Assembly: GCA_965113315.1 (NCBI GenBank)
Contig: OZ220363.1
Origin: Podarcis vaucheri
Taxonomy: Eukaryota
DNA length: 64,000 bases
Strand: one strand, 5' to 3'
A program made the position numbers and the translations under genes. How positions within the stretch are numbered: the first letter of the stretch is position 1; each line of letters starts with the position of its first letter. Under the pieces are notes generated by a model. The model was given only the letters and a program-made list of their open reading frames with translations. It did no database searches and was not told the origin of the DNA. Of this stretch, positions 37,235 to 49,200 are shown in pieces.

Positions 37235-40200
37235 GTAAAACACTGCTTGGTGGTCCTGCACTCTCCATTAGGGGAAAATAAATAACTGCACAACGAATTG
37301 TATACCTGACTCTTGCCACCCAGATGTGGCAAGGAATGAGGGTGAAGAAAAGTGGCCACTTGCCTGCCTTTCTTTAGGAATCAGGTACACTTTATTAAGG
37401 AATCATGGCAGCAGGTTAAGTCAGAGATATCCATTAAGTCTCAGTGCATGACCCCTTCTCAAAGGAAAAGCGTGCCAAATATAAAACAACAGCTAGCAGT
37501 AGGATTATATTCCAAAGGCTCAACATCTGGGTAGATCAACCCATCTCACATGCCCTAATTCCTATTGAAATTGTCAGCAGGCACATTTTAGGGATATTTT
37601 GCTCCTGCTGGCACTAAGAAAAGAAAATCGCAATATGTTTTGGTATAGTGAACCACTTTAAAGATGTACTCCTATGTATCAAGTCAAATTTCTTTGGAGA
37701 ATTTAGATTTTCATGCAAACCCCTTGATTATGATAAATGCTTGAAATCACTGCATTGCTTGATGTCCTGAAGAAAGACGCAGAAGTGGGGGGGGGGGGCG
37801 CGGCAGAAATGGGGCCACAGGCGATACAAAAATAAGATTTTCAATAAATACTGCAGTTATCCACCATCTTTCGGGTCTGTACATGCTTTTCAAACAAGAC
37901 ATTATAAATGGAAAGTGATGTAATAAACAGATAAAATTAATTAGTTAATAAGGTTTTAAATAGCTGCATTTTCAAAATGTGATTTGATTACATCTATAAT
38001 TTCTTGATCAAGAGGATATGTTATGGTTTGGAGGAAAGTTTTTTAACTACAGAGGGTTTATTATAGGCACTTGCACTTGTTTTAATTGCACATTTGGGCT
38101 AGTGCTCTGTGCTTTGTTTTATAAATTATTATTTGGCTGGGAAGGTGTTTTGAAATAACCACGTGGGCAACTCCCTCCGCACTAATAGTCCATAAGATCA
38201 GGGCTTTAGGCAGCAACCATCGCAGTTCCTGACCTTGTCCTCTTCTGCAGCAGGCTCAGTCCGTCTGTCCCAGAGGAATTCTCTGCACCCCTGGAGCTCC
38301 AGCAGCAGCACTTTGGCCTGGTGGATGGCATGTATTCCTTCCAGTTCCTACTACGCAACAGCATAGGGCAAGGAGAGCCAATGTTGATGGACTCCAGGTG
38401 TTGATGGACTACAGTTCCCACCATCCCTGACCCCTGCCTATGCTCGCTGGGGCTGATGGGAGTTGTAGTCCTTACCTCTGGGCAAAGGGATCGTCAATAT
38501 ATAGGCACAAGTTGAAAAAAAAAGTCCCTTCCAGGTTATTAGAAGAGAAACCTTTCCCAATTTTTGGTCCCCAGATGTCATTGGACTACAGCCCAGTTAT
38601 TCCTGGCCAGCAAAAGTAATCATAGGGGATTGGTGGGAGTCGTAATCCAACATCTTGGGGATCTGTTGGTAGGGAAAGCTGCAGCAGAGGCATGGCTGAC
38701 CAGTGCAAGATGGCCTGAGCATTTCAAACCTATCTGGCATCACTGTTCCAGCTACCAAGTTTCTGAACTTAACTCAAAGGGCTGGTTTTGACCTATAAAG
38801 CCTTATGCAGCTGAAGGACTGCCTCTCCCCAACATGAACCAACCTGGATCATGTATGTGGTTTGGGGTTGTCCTCTGTGTGCCCTCTCCAAGGAGAGTGG
38901 GGTGGGTGGCAACACAAGAATGGTCATTTTCAGTGATGGCTCCCTGATTATGGAAAGCTCTGCCTAGTACTGCCACTGGCTACTTTTAGGAACCAGGCAA
39001 AAACATTGCCATTCAGCCAGGCCTTTAACTTGGAGAGTTTTAGATACTGTTTCCTCCTTTAGTGCATGGGATATGAACCTACCTAGACCTTGCGATTATA
39101 ATCTGAAGCCCTTCTTCGTGTGCCTCCTCCACGAGAAGTCTGGAGGGCGGCAACATGAGAAGGGGCCTTTTCTGCAGTGGCTCCCTATTTGTGGAATGCT
39201 CATTATACAGGGAGGCTCATTATACACCTTTAGGCACCAAGCAAAAATGTTACTCTTCAACCAGGCCTTTGGCTGATTAAATGTGTTTGTGGGAGGGCTT
39301 TTTATTGCTTCATTTCTTTTTATTATGTATTTTTATCTTGTATTTTTATGCTATGAACCTCCTTGAGATCTACAGATGAAGGGTGGTATACAAATCTAAT
39401 AAATAAAATTTCGAGTTGACTTTTTGTAAAAGAGAGAGCAACTAATAAGTAGTATTATCGTTATCATTATTATTAATCATCGCCCACAACAAAACCCAGC
39501 TGTATCAGAACACAGATCACTTGAGTTTTCTTCCATGACCAGCTGCACCATCTATTTTCTGGATTCAAGAGAAAGAAAGAAAAAGCTCCCCTCTATCAAT
39601 TTCAGCCCCTCATTTGAGTCTGTATGGAATGGAAGCAATTTGAATGTGGTTCTGTAGGGAGAGGTGGGCGGAAGTGGATAAGGCAAGACTCTTGATTGAC
39701 TTTTGACACAACGCCTCTGAATGCCACCACTGTTGCTTATGAAGCCAAGAAGTCTAAACTCACTAGGAAACATGACAACCATGTGCCTTAAGCACCCTAG
39801 AATGCCCTGTTGGTTCAAAGAAGTCAGTCCTTAGAGCACCGGTGGGCAACCTGGTGCCCTTGAAATGTTGTCAGACCACAGCACCTATCATCCCTTACCA
39901 CTGGCCATGCTGGCTGGGGCTTATGGGAGCTGGAGTCCAACAACATTGGAGGAACCCAATGTGCCGCTCTTATCACTGCATCACTGCCAGCGTTTTGGTG
40001 TGCCAGTTGAACCACCCTCCCTCTCCTCAGCTTGCATGAGGTTCTTACGATCCAATTTCAGGGTGCATGTGGGGGAGGAGAGGGAAAAGCCCTATTGTGC
40101 AGGCAGAAGTCTTTGCACAGAGCTTCTTCTGGCAGCGCTCAGTAGGTGAATCCCTCCTCCAGTTTCCCCAACCCTGCCTTCTAGTTAACTGCCCCGAGGA

Positions 40201-40458
40201 TCCCATAATATGCCCCTCTTAGGGCCATGTGAGCCTTCGCTTCCACATCCTCCTATGTGATTTTTTCTCTTCCTGCCCTGCCATTGCCACGCACTTCTCT
40301 TACTAGCTCCTGTCTTCACAGATTATGGCATTAAACCAAAGATGCCCAACTTCCGGAGACGGATACAGCGGAAGGAATCGGAAAAGCTGCAAAAAGCACA
40401 CAAAAGCAAGCGGGATGAGCCAAATTTTGAGGAGTATTATTACGACGACCTCCTTTGA
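37170..40458 (+). CDS. FREY1: Frey regulator of sperm-oocyte fusion 1 (C11orf94) orthologue, 3 exons: join(37170..37234,38254..38327,40322..40458), 91 aa: MGFLLLLLLLTERGLSMPSLQRLSPSVPEEFSAPLELQQQHFGLVDDYGIKPKMPNFRRRIQRKESEKLQKAHKSKRDEPNFEEYYYDDLL
   Basis: Exons 2-3 match recalled human C11orf94 motifs (SVPExFSAPLEL, GLVDDYGI, KRD..xEYYYD..L*). Position and orientation between PEX16 and MAPK8IP1 match synteny. Exon 1 chosen as the nearest ATG + Leu-run + phase-2 GT donor. Confidence 0.88.
38254..38327 (+). CDS. FREY1: FREY1 exon 2 (LSPSVPEEFSAPLELQQQHFGLVD)
   Basis: NAGNAG acceptor ctgCAG|CAG (38251 or 38254); ends at a GC donor G|GCATGT. Confidence 0.88.
38750..39408 (+). mobile_element. L2-type LINE 3' end fragments
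   Basis: ttgacctataaagcc.., gggccttttctgcagtggctccc..tgtggaatgctc, ccaggcctttggctga, terminal ggtatacaaatctaataaataaaa. Confidence 0.6.
40322..40458 (+). CDS. FREY1: FREY1 exon 3 (DYGIKPKMPNFRRRIQRKESEKLQKAHKSKRDEPNFEEYYYDDLL*)
   Basis: Long pyrimidine tract + tcttcacag acceptor; TGA at 40456-40458. Confidence 0.9.
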
Positions 40459-40919
40459 GTCTCTTAGGGAAATGCAAATAGAGGTGCCACCTCTGAAGTG
40501 TGCTTGCACCAACTAATTGATCTGTCACAGGCAGCAAAAGCCCCTCAAACCCAAATCACCTAGTAATGTAAGAAGCGAGATCTTCCCCTTCCTTTGCTCT
40601 TTCACACTTGCATGCCTCTTCCCCATCCCCACAGTTCTGTCTGCTCTATGCATCCATCCTACAGGCATGGCACTTGGCACTCAGCAGGGCAGTTGCAAGG
40701 TCTTGGCTCACATCTCATGTTGAGCAAAGCTTGAAAAATTTGATGAGGGCCAGAGATGGGTGGGGGTGTTTTTTGCTGCAGAGGCTGGGACTGAGTTGGC
40801 CACAGCTTTCTGTTGCCGTTGTCTTCTCTCCCTCGCCACCCCTGTCATGACTCTTCTTATTATGGGTCCAATATTTCTTCCCCTTGTGCCAATTCTTCTA
40901 TTCTTTGCTCCCGCTGCAC

Positions 40920-40925
40920 AATAAA
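40920..40925 (+). terminator. Candidate FREY1 polyadenylation signal AATAAA
   Basis: AATAAA about 460 nt after the FREY1 stop. Confidence 0.4.
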
Positions 40926-42874
40926 ATTCCAGATTCTATGGAAGCTGACTACTATGAGTTGAATTGTATAATGTAAATATATATACAGTTCCATATTTGA
41001 CAAAATTGATTTCATTTAGGGCTTTTTTGTGTATAATTAAGTGTTTTTGTTTTGAGAAAAGCAGAAGTTAAGTGCCTCAATGGCTCTCCAGATATTGGAC
41101 GACAATTCCCATAATCAACGTTTATTAGTGTCCAACAGCATCTGAAGGGCAACAGGTTCCCCATCCCTACTTTAGGGTCTCCCCAACATCTGGTAGAAAT
41201 GCAGACCCAAAACCCTTTGAATGCCGCTTAATAATTGGCAGCTTTCCTTAACTGGCAACAACAGAGCTGCCAACATACAATCTATATTTAGCTAGAGAAG
41301 AGGCTAGTAGATTAGAAGATTTTGTGGCAGAGTCCATAGAGGTCCTGGGATTCTGACATCTCAAAGCCTTTAACCAGAATAGGGGAATGTGGCACAATTC
41401 TGGTGGTTGCAGGGGGCCAACAGCTGGGTAAACTCTAGCAAGACTTCTCAATCATTGTCAATAACTAACAAATTAAGCCCCCTCCCCATTGTATCTGAAA
41501 GCAAAAAAAAAGACACACGCACAACACCAAGGTTCACAAATCTATGGAGACAGAACCTCAATGGAAATGGGAGGGAGTTGGCATCCATCTGTATTGGGAG
41601 ACAATGAAGAAGTGCCATGCTCCCCACCCTGCCTGAAAGCCAAGCTATTCCGAGAAGAACGAGATCTACAAGAGAGAGTTGTTTCATAATACCCAACATA
41701 GTCATTCAATACTATTTGATTCAGTGGGACCTTTCCACACTTTTGTAAGCCTATGCAAGGTTTATACCTGTACTTTTGAAAACTGAAGATGTGTGACACT
41801 TCCGTGGAAATCTGATGTACTATAATTTGGTTTCAAAATGGGGGTTGCAGAACCTGGAATGTTGCTATGCTGCAACTGGTGTGGCTCCCCAAGGAAGGCT
41901 AGCAGAATGTCAAATTTGGCTCTTGCAATTCCCAGGAAAATGCTCAAACAGCAGTTTGCTTAGAGGCCTGAGTCTCCTTGGGCAACAAAACAACAGCAAC
42001 GCAGTCTCTTTGAAACATCAACGTTTAATCATTGTTGTCATTAGAGCAGAAGCACAGAGCCCCCTGCTTTTTGGGGGGGAGGGGGAGAAGGGCAAAGGCA
42101 CACCTTTCTGCAGCTCTTATTAGCCCCTAGTCACTCATGCTATTCTCCCAGCTTTGCTGCTTCTCCATGGGACCAAGCCCTTCCTGAATCAATTTTGTGC
42201 TTATGGCTGGAGCTCCTCTCAAGCCCCTTGATGCAGATGAATCAGATGAACCCTGGCTCTCGTGTTCTGTGCAGGGTCCAGATTCCCTCCGTGAATGTAG
42301 AACCTGCAGCTGGAGAGCGGGTATGGAGGGAAGGGAGATTTAGAGCACGGGCCGGGGTGGAGGAGCTCTTTCCATCAGCAGATTCCCAGGGCATGGGCCC
42401 TCCCTGGCTGTCTACATGCCTTCAAACTGGGAGGGGCTAGGACAGGCACCAGTGTTCCTCCAGTGGTTCCCGGATTTTTTGCAGGCACAGGATAAGAGAC
42501 TTGGATGCTATGTCTTGGGAACTGGCGGGGCAAATGGCCACCACCCCCATTCTCTGTCTCCTCCTTCACTATTCCCCAACCCCACCATTCCCAGCCAGGG
42601 ACTGGGCTCACTACTTGCAACCACCCCCAAGCTTATGAGCTATTCCTTCTTCTGCAGTGGAAGAGCAGCATCCCCATCTTACTAAACTCCCAATGTGAAG
42701 GGCTGAACACGGCAGCTAGAACTAGAGCAGGCCCCAAACAGACTCGAGCAGAACTCGTGGAGCCCTCTCTCTCGCAGTAGCACCAAGGCAGCCCATTCAA
42801 GTGGGCACTCCCAGTGCCCATGCCCACTCTCCTCCTGTACCAGCGGCAGCAACACCTGCTTCTGCTGGTGGTGC

Positions 42875-42880
42875 TTTATT
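42875..42880 (-). terminator. Candidate MAPK8IP1 polyadenylation signal (AATAAA on minus strand)
   Basis: TTTATT on + strand about 250 nt past the stop; an ATTAAA variant also occurs near 42023-42028. Confidence 0.4.
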
Positions 42881-43130
42881 TCAGATAAACAAACGAACGG
42901 AAAAGCATATTTCTTCTTCTGATAATAAACCCTTTTTTTGGTCCACCCACCCCACCCATCCCAAACCCCCAGCCCAAGGAAAGAGGAGGTGCACTGAAAG
43001 AGGTGGGGCTCTGCGCACTGAGGAACACTGTTCCCACGCCCACTCCTCCTTCCATCTCAAAGCAGCTTGTCCATGCACAATGGGGGGAATGGCCCTTGTC
43101 TGTACAGGAGGGCGGGGGCTGCCCCGGCCC

Positions 43131-43203
43131 CTACTCTAGGTAGATGTCCTCTGTGGGGCATGTATATTCCACACATTCCTTGTAGAACTGATGGAAGGCT
43201 CTC
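43131..43203 (-). CDS. MAPK8IP1: MAPK8IP1 terminal coding exon ([23 protein letters not shown]), kinesin light chain-binding tail
   Basis: ttttgcag acceptor; TAG at complement 43131-43133. Confidence 0.96.
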
Positions 43204-46200
43204 CTGCAAAAAGAAAACATGAAATGGAATGTCAATTGGGAGCTGGGATTCTTCCACAGAACAGGCAAAGCAACAAGTTAGAGCTCAACACTGAGCCTAC
43301 CAAGAGGTCCTTAATTGCATCTGCAGAAAACAGTATTTGGAAAGAGGTAGATTCCATCATGGGAGAAGGGCTGTGATGGGAGAGTGCCAAAGCTCTGCCT
43401 AGTCAGGTTGTATGGGATCAATTCCAATCTGCTACCTCTGATGATGTGGACAGGCTGCTTAGACGAGTGAAACCTACCACCTGTCTCCTTGATCCTGGCC
43501 CATCAAAGTGAGCCGGGTAGGGCTGGGCAATGGGCTCAGTGAGGTGGTGAATGCTTCTCTCAGTGAGAGAGTCTTCCTGGACCCCCTTAAAGAAGCTGTT
43601 ATTAAACCACTCCTTTAAACACATCTATGGACCCGGCCATTATGGCCAATTATCACCCAGTCTCAGATCTTCCATTCCTGGGCAAGGTGATTGAGCGGGT
43701 GGTCATTGAACAATTCCAGGCACATCTGGAGGATGCGTACCATTTGGATCCCTTTCAGTTGGGATTCAGGCCCCATCATGAGACTGAAACCACCTTGGTT
43801 GCACTGGTTGATGACCTCTGGTGGGCTAGAGACAGAGGTCAAAGCTGTTTCCTGGTTCTGCTGGATCTCTCAGCAACTTTTGATACCGTTGACCATGGTA
43901 TCCTTCTGAACTGTCTAGGGGGGTTGGGAGTTGGGTGAAAAGTGGCTGATCCCTGGCCACTAATGCTTCTGCTGGCATCTCCAGTACCCACTTGCAACCG
44001 ACACACCCCTCTCTTAGATCCAGGTAGACTAGGATCTTTGTAAATAGCAGGAATTTTCAGGATGTAGCCTGAAACTCACCCTACAGACTCTGCAAGTGGT
44101 TTGGTGGACTCCTCTGCAACAAAGACATGGCACGCAAATCTGTGGTCAGCTGGGTGCTTGGTGATGAACCCAAAATACCTGAAAGAGAAAACACAATACA
44201 TGAGCTTGGGCTAAAGGTTGGGTTTCTGGTATCCTAGGCTAGGAATGAATTCTCTAACAAAGAAACAAGACCCATTGGTTCCATTCTTCCTGCAGGTACA
44301 AAATATACCTCCCTGAAGAGAAAGCCGTTGGTTTTGCTTTGCATGTGTGGGCAAAAGCAGGAAGTGGGACAAATACATTTCTTCCTGTGCAATTTGTGTA
44401 CCAGACAAAGCTGGTAAACGGCAGCCAAGACAACAGAGCTCACCTGGATCTCTAAAAATAAAGCTTGATTGCGAAGCCAACGCCCCACCCCCAACAAATG
44501 ATGGGCACACACCCCGCCAAATTCACAGCTGTCTTCTGGCTACTGTCTATCTATGTTGGTACCAAGTGGAGGATAAGTGTAGGTGATACAGTCTGATTAA
44601 TAAGATCACAATGCTGTTATATGCCCATCCCACCTTTATCAAGCATATTGTTTAGTAGGGATTAAGAAGATTGCTACACAGGAACTTCCTATACAAGTTA
44701 CACTTCAAAGCCCCAAACTGCCTAGGGTACACTGAAGGATAGTGCAAGGAGGAAGAGCTGTGTGTCTCCTTTGCCATGAACTCATTTTGCCCATCTGCCG
44801 GGTCTTACTTGTTGTTCTTTGGGTGGTATCCACAGAATGAAATGTTCTTCAACTGGAAAAAGTGGCTACATTTATTCCCCTGCAGGATGGAGAGAACAAG
44901 ATGTTAGGCTTGGGTAGGGCAGTTGAGGAACCAGAGCCATTTATTGAAGGGAAAGTAAAATGTGTTTGGATCCCTCACACTTGGGAGATCCAAGTCACAA
45001 ATTAAAAGGACCTCATGCTGTGTTTTGGGGAAAGGATATTCCATTGTATAACTTGCAACAGTTTATCTGTGCACTGCAAAAGCTTGTATGGTAGGAAGTA
45101 CAGGGAAAATTCCAGGAAGGGCTGATGAGAAGGAAAATCAAGTCACGGGAGTCTTGCTATACTGGCCTCAGAGTAGGGCCCCCAGACTCCTGATTTGTCC
45201 ATTTTAAATTACTTAGATCTTAGCCCTTGTAGAATGAAAGTTAGGAAGGAAAATGTGCATAGCCTATTTTGTGTGATATGAGCCTATTCCCATCTTTTAG
45301 CAATTTTAGTCAATGAGTGAAGTCGCAGCTGTGATTGACAGGTGCTATGTTACACACACACATCAGAAGAGACCCAAAAACAGCTCCAAAATGACCAAGG
45401 AAGTCCCGTCTCCAAACATTTGAGAAAAACATCAGCCGGGTTCAGTTTGAAGCCATTTTATTACCTTCCTTGCTCTATGTGTGACTTTTTTCTAGATGGA
45501 GAAAGAACTGCCTGATTCATTCTGAAGGATCTTCCAGGTTCATTTAAAAGCTTTTCTCTTCCTTTGGCTTTCCCTGATAGAAATGGGATTGTTGACCAGA
45601 AACAATAACTGAAAAATCCAGGATTTTAGTGTAGCTGTAATTGGGCAGTAGTATGTCTACCTAAAAGCAAAATTAGCAGCTAGGACAGTAAGTAATTCCT
45701 GCTCTTTCTAACTCAGAATTAATTTCATGAAAGAAAAGAGCTTTTTCCAATATTATGTGATTTTATTTTTTAAAAAATCCTGCTAATGCAAAATACATAT
45801 CACAGAGGGGTACTGCAACTGAGAGAGCTATGTGGGTTACATCAACCCTGCAAAGTAGCCCTAGCTTGCTATATTCAGGCCTGCTAGGGAAGGGCTGAAT
45901 AGCCTCTAGGTGTGTTGGTTTCTTCTTAGGGAAATGCAGTTGAGGGTGTTGTTAAGTGGACTGTCAAGTGGATTAATTGCTTTTTCAACCAAAGGGTGGG
46001 GGAAATAGGAGAATTATTGGAAGCAGCTTGTTGTTCCCAGTATGATAATCAACAGTTGCTTACTGTTGGTCAAGAAAAAGAAATGGGTGTCTGTTTGTCC
46101 TGTGCTAATAACACAGTTCTAGTTGTTAAGGAATAAAAATAATAACTAACCACAGCAAATGCTGCTAGAATACACTGCATTCAATCTTGAATTCATCCAG

Positions 46201-49200
46201 CCATGAGCATTTAAACCTCAGTCGCTGTATTTCTTATGCCACTTTTGGTACACACCCTCCCCTACCATCTGAAATATAGTGTCTGGTCTTAAATGAATAT
46301 AGTAATGCCAACCTAAGATCAACTGATGAAGCGTAACATAACAGGTTAACAACTCAGGGAACAGGAGTTTATTGCATGGTTTAGGGTTGGTACTAGAGGA
46401 CAGCAATGCCCTTGTGCCTTTAACAGCTGTGTGGCAGGCAGATATTTAACAGGTTAAACCTTTTCTAGTATGGAAACATAAATACAGAGCAAGCTTCCCC
46501 CGCTGACATTCTGCCTCTCAGACATATTATTACTGATGTGCAGCTCCTTATCTATTTTTGGGCTCTTCATCCCACTCACAAAAGATTATATAAATTTCCG
46601 TATGACACAAAGCATATGCAAATCTGTATCCTCTTTTGTGAGTGGGGAAGAGGGTCTAATCCACATACAAGTGTCCTGGGTCCAGAAAACCCTGTTGGCA
46701 TCACTAGTTCCAGATCATAAGCTTCTTACTCTCTCCTAAAGGGTCTTATGCAGGAATACGAAAGCGGGGATTTCAGGTTCAGGATTATAGGAAGGCTGCA
46801 GCAGTATCAGAGTCAAGCAATATTCTTGTACCAGCTACAAAACGTCCCAGCCTTTACATTGTGTGTCATTTAACCTTCAATAAATGAAAGGTCTTGATTC
46901 TGTTACAATCATTTCATGAGGTAGAATTGAACGGATTCTACTTTAGCGTTAGTGCACGAAACATTATATAATAATGGGACAGTTGGTTACACACATTTGA
47001 AAAATAGTAATACATTCAAACAAATGTTTTGTTCAAGCAAAATAAATTGAAGCCAGCTGTGTTGATTAAACACAGCCCAAGCTCAGATAATTAATTAACA
47101 CGCTATCATATATATTTCTCCCAGTCTTTCTACTTTCAGGTCCACTGCCCTTGATTGACTCTAGCAGGGCATTTCCATTGTGAACAGAATGCACTTTCTG
47201 AATGGCTTTGCTCCTTCCTCTTGAAAGCTCCATGTGAGCTACTTATGCAGAGAGGCTTTACTGCACAGATCCACAGGACACCGGTTAAAATAGTAGCAGA
47301 CGGGTTTAGCAATGCTTCGTAGATTATCGGAGCAGCTTAGCAAACAGACCTTCCAGTGCATTAATATGCCTACAGCCTGGGAGCATGTACTTTTGCATCT
47401 GGACTTCAGGGCATGAATGTGACTCTGCCCTGTTATCCAATCCCCAATAGACTCCTTCAGGAAAAGACAGGAGGCACCGCCAGCCAGGACATATGCAAAT
47501 CGCTCTCGTTTGCATGCTCTCTTTTGTTTATTGGCCAAGGGGTAGCACTGAGCTGCTGGAAGATGTAATAATAATGAGGCACAGAGAGCACAGAACCCAG
47601 GAACAGGGCTGGCAGCAGAGCTACACATGTGGTCTAGCCTACCTTGCTGGGGTCCTTAGAGTCATCACCTTTCACGGCAATCTTGACTCCTCTCATGCTG
47701 ATCTCCAGGACGCAGCTGGAGGGCGGGTTAAAGTGCACGGTGAGGCGGCGAGTAGTGGCAATCTGTACCAAAACAGAAAATTTGCACCAGCTGTCACACA
47801 AACTATCTGGAGTTTCTGGTGATGCTTCTCTTCTCACGGAAAATATCACCCCCTCCATTTTATATAAAACTGGGGTTCCCTTTCCTCCTCCCAGGTTGGC
47901 AGTTTCAAGAAACATTGACTTCAAAGTACCTGAAACTAGAAGATGGGTGATCTGTTTTGGGAGTGGGAGGAGACAAGGGCTGAAGATAGACATAATGTCC
48001 CAAGATTGCTGTATATAGAGGCATACATATACATACACACTCAAACTCCACATTAATATATGTTAAATTCATTCTTCACATTATTTAAAAATTGTGAAGT
48101 ATTAACAGTTGCAGAACTGCAATATGGATGGTGAATAAGGAGGGGCATCGGTGATGTCACTGGCATTGGTCAATAAGCAACCTCCACAGGTATCTTTCCC
48201 ACACTAAATACCAAGAGAACTGCTTTTTTGAAGCTTAGCTGGAAAACAAGGAAGTGTGTTAATATTTATAACCCATGATAGCTTTTGGTGGAATGCAGGA
48301 GTGTGTTCCCCAATACCACCTGGATAGTGCTTTAAGTGTTGTGGAGGAGTTCTGCCATGGTTCTGCCAATGAGCACGGCTTGACTGACTATGAAATGAGC
48401 AGGACCTTCTCTGTGGCTGCACCTCAGTTGTGGAATTCCTACTCAATCAAGTTATTGCACTTGTCCCCAGTGCTGACATCCTTTCTCCGACAGTTAGAAG
48501 CACACCAGCTTATTCATGCCTTTGGTGAAGGGCGAAGAGGATATGGATGACTCATTAATCTTCTCTGCTGCATTAGGTATGGTGTTCGGTATTTCAACTT
48601 TTTTAATTGATACATTATTTTACACTGATTCTGTTGTTTTATGATGTGGTTTTATTGTTGCAAGCTGCTCTGGGCTCCTTAGGGAGGAAGATAACAACAG
48701 CAACAAATGATGAGGAGTGTGTTTTCAAACTTGCCTACTGCTTAATTCCTTCTATGTTTTAGCTCTCGTTCCCCCACTTCCATCTGAACTAGGTATGGCG
48801 TTATCAAGGAATCTTGATGAAAGATTCCAGAAAGCACACATAACATTCAGATGTTGCTAATGTACAGGATGAGGATAAACCAATGGAAGCTTTATCTATT
48901 CAGGATGGACTTGCATATAGTGGGCAGCGTAAATGCCAGCAGAGTGACAAAAAGCCTATTCAGAATGAGGTTACCCCAGGAAGAGCAAGTTTTCAAAGTG
49001 AAGTGTGTGCCTCTTAAATCTAGGCCTCCTCCTGGACTCTATGTCCAAAGCAGTGGCTAAGTGTATGTTTTATCAGCTGCCACCAATCTGCCAACTGCAC
49101 CCCTTCCTAGAAGACAGAGATCTGGTCACTGTGGTGCCATGCCATGGTACCCTCCCACCTAGACAGCTGCAACATACTCTCCACGTGGCTGCTCCTGAAG

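Noticed and set aside
38332-38340. GTATTCCTT as a U12 donor for FREY1 intron 2
   Set aside because: Does not match GTATCCTT, is in the wrong phase for exon 3 (immediate stop), and the acceptor is U2-type.
43627-43938. Functional reverse transcriptase gene
   Set aside because: Short truncated L2 ORF2 remnant with upstream stops and frameshifts and no YADD region.
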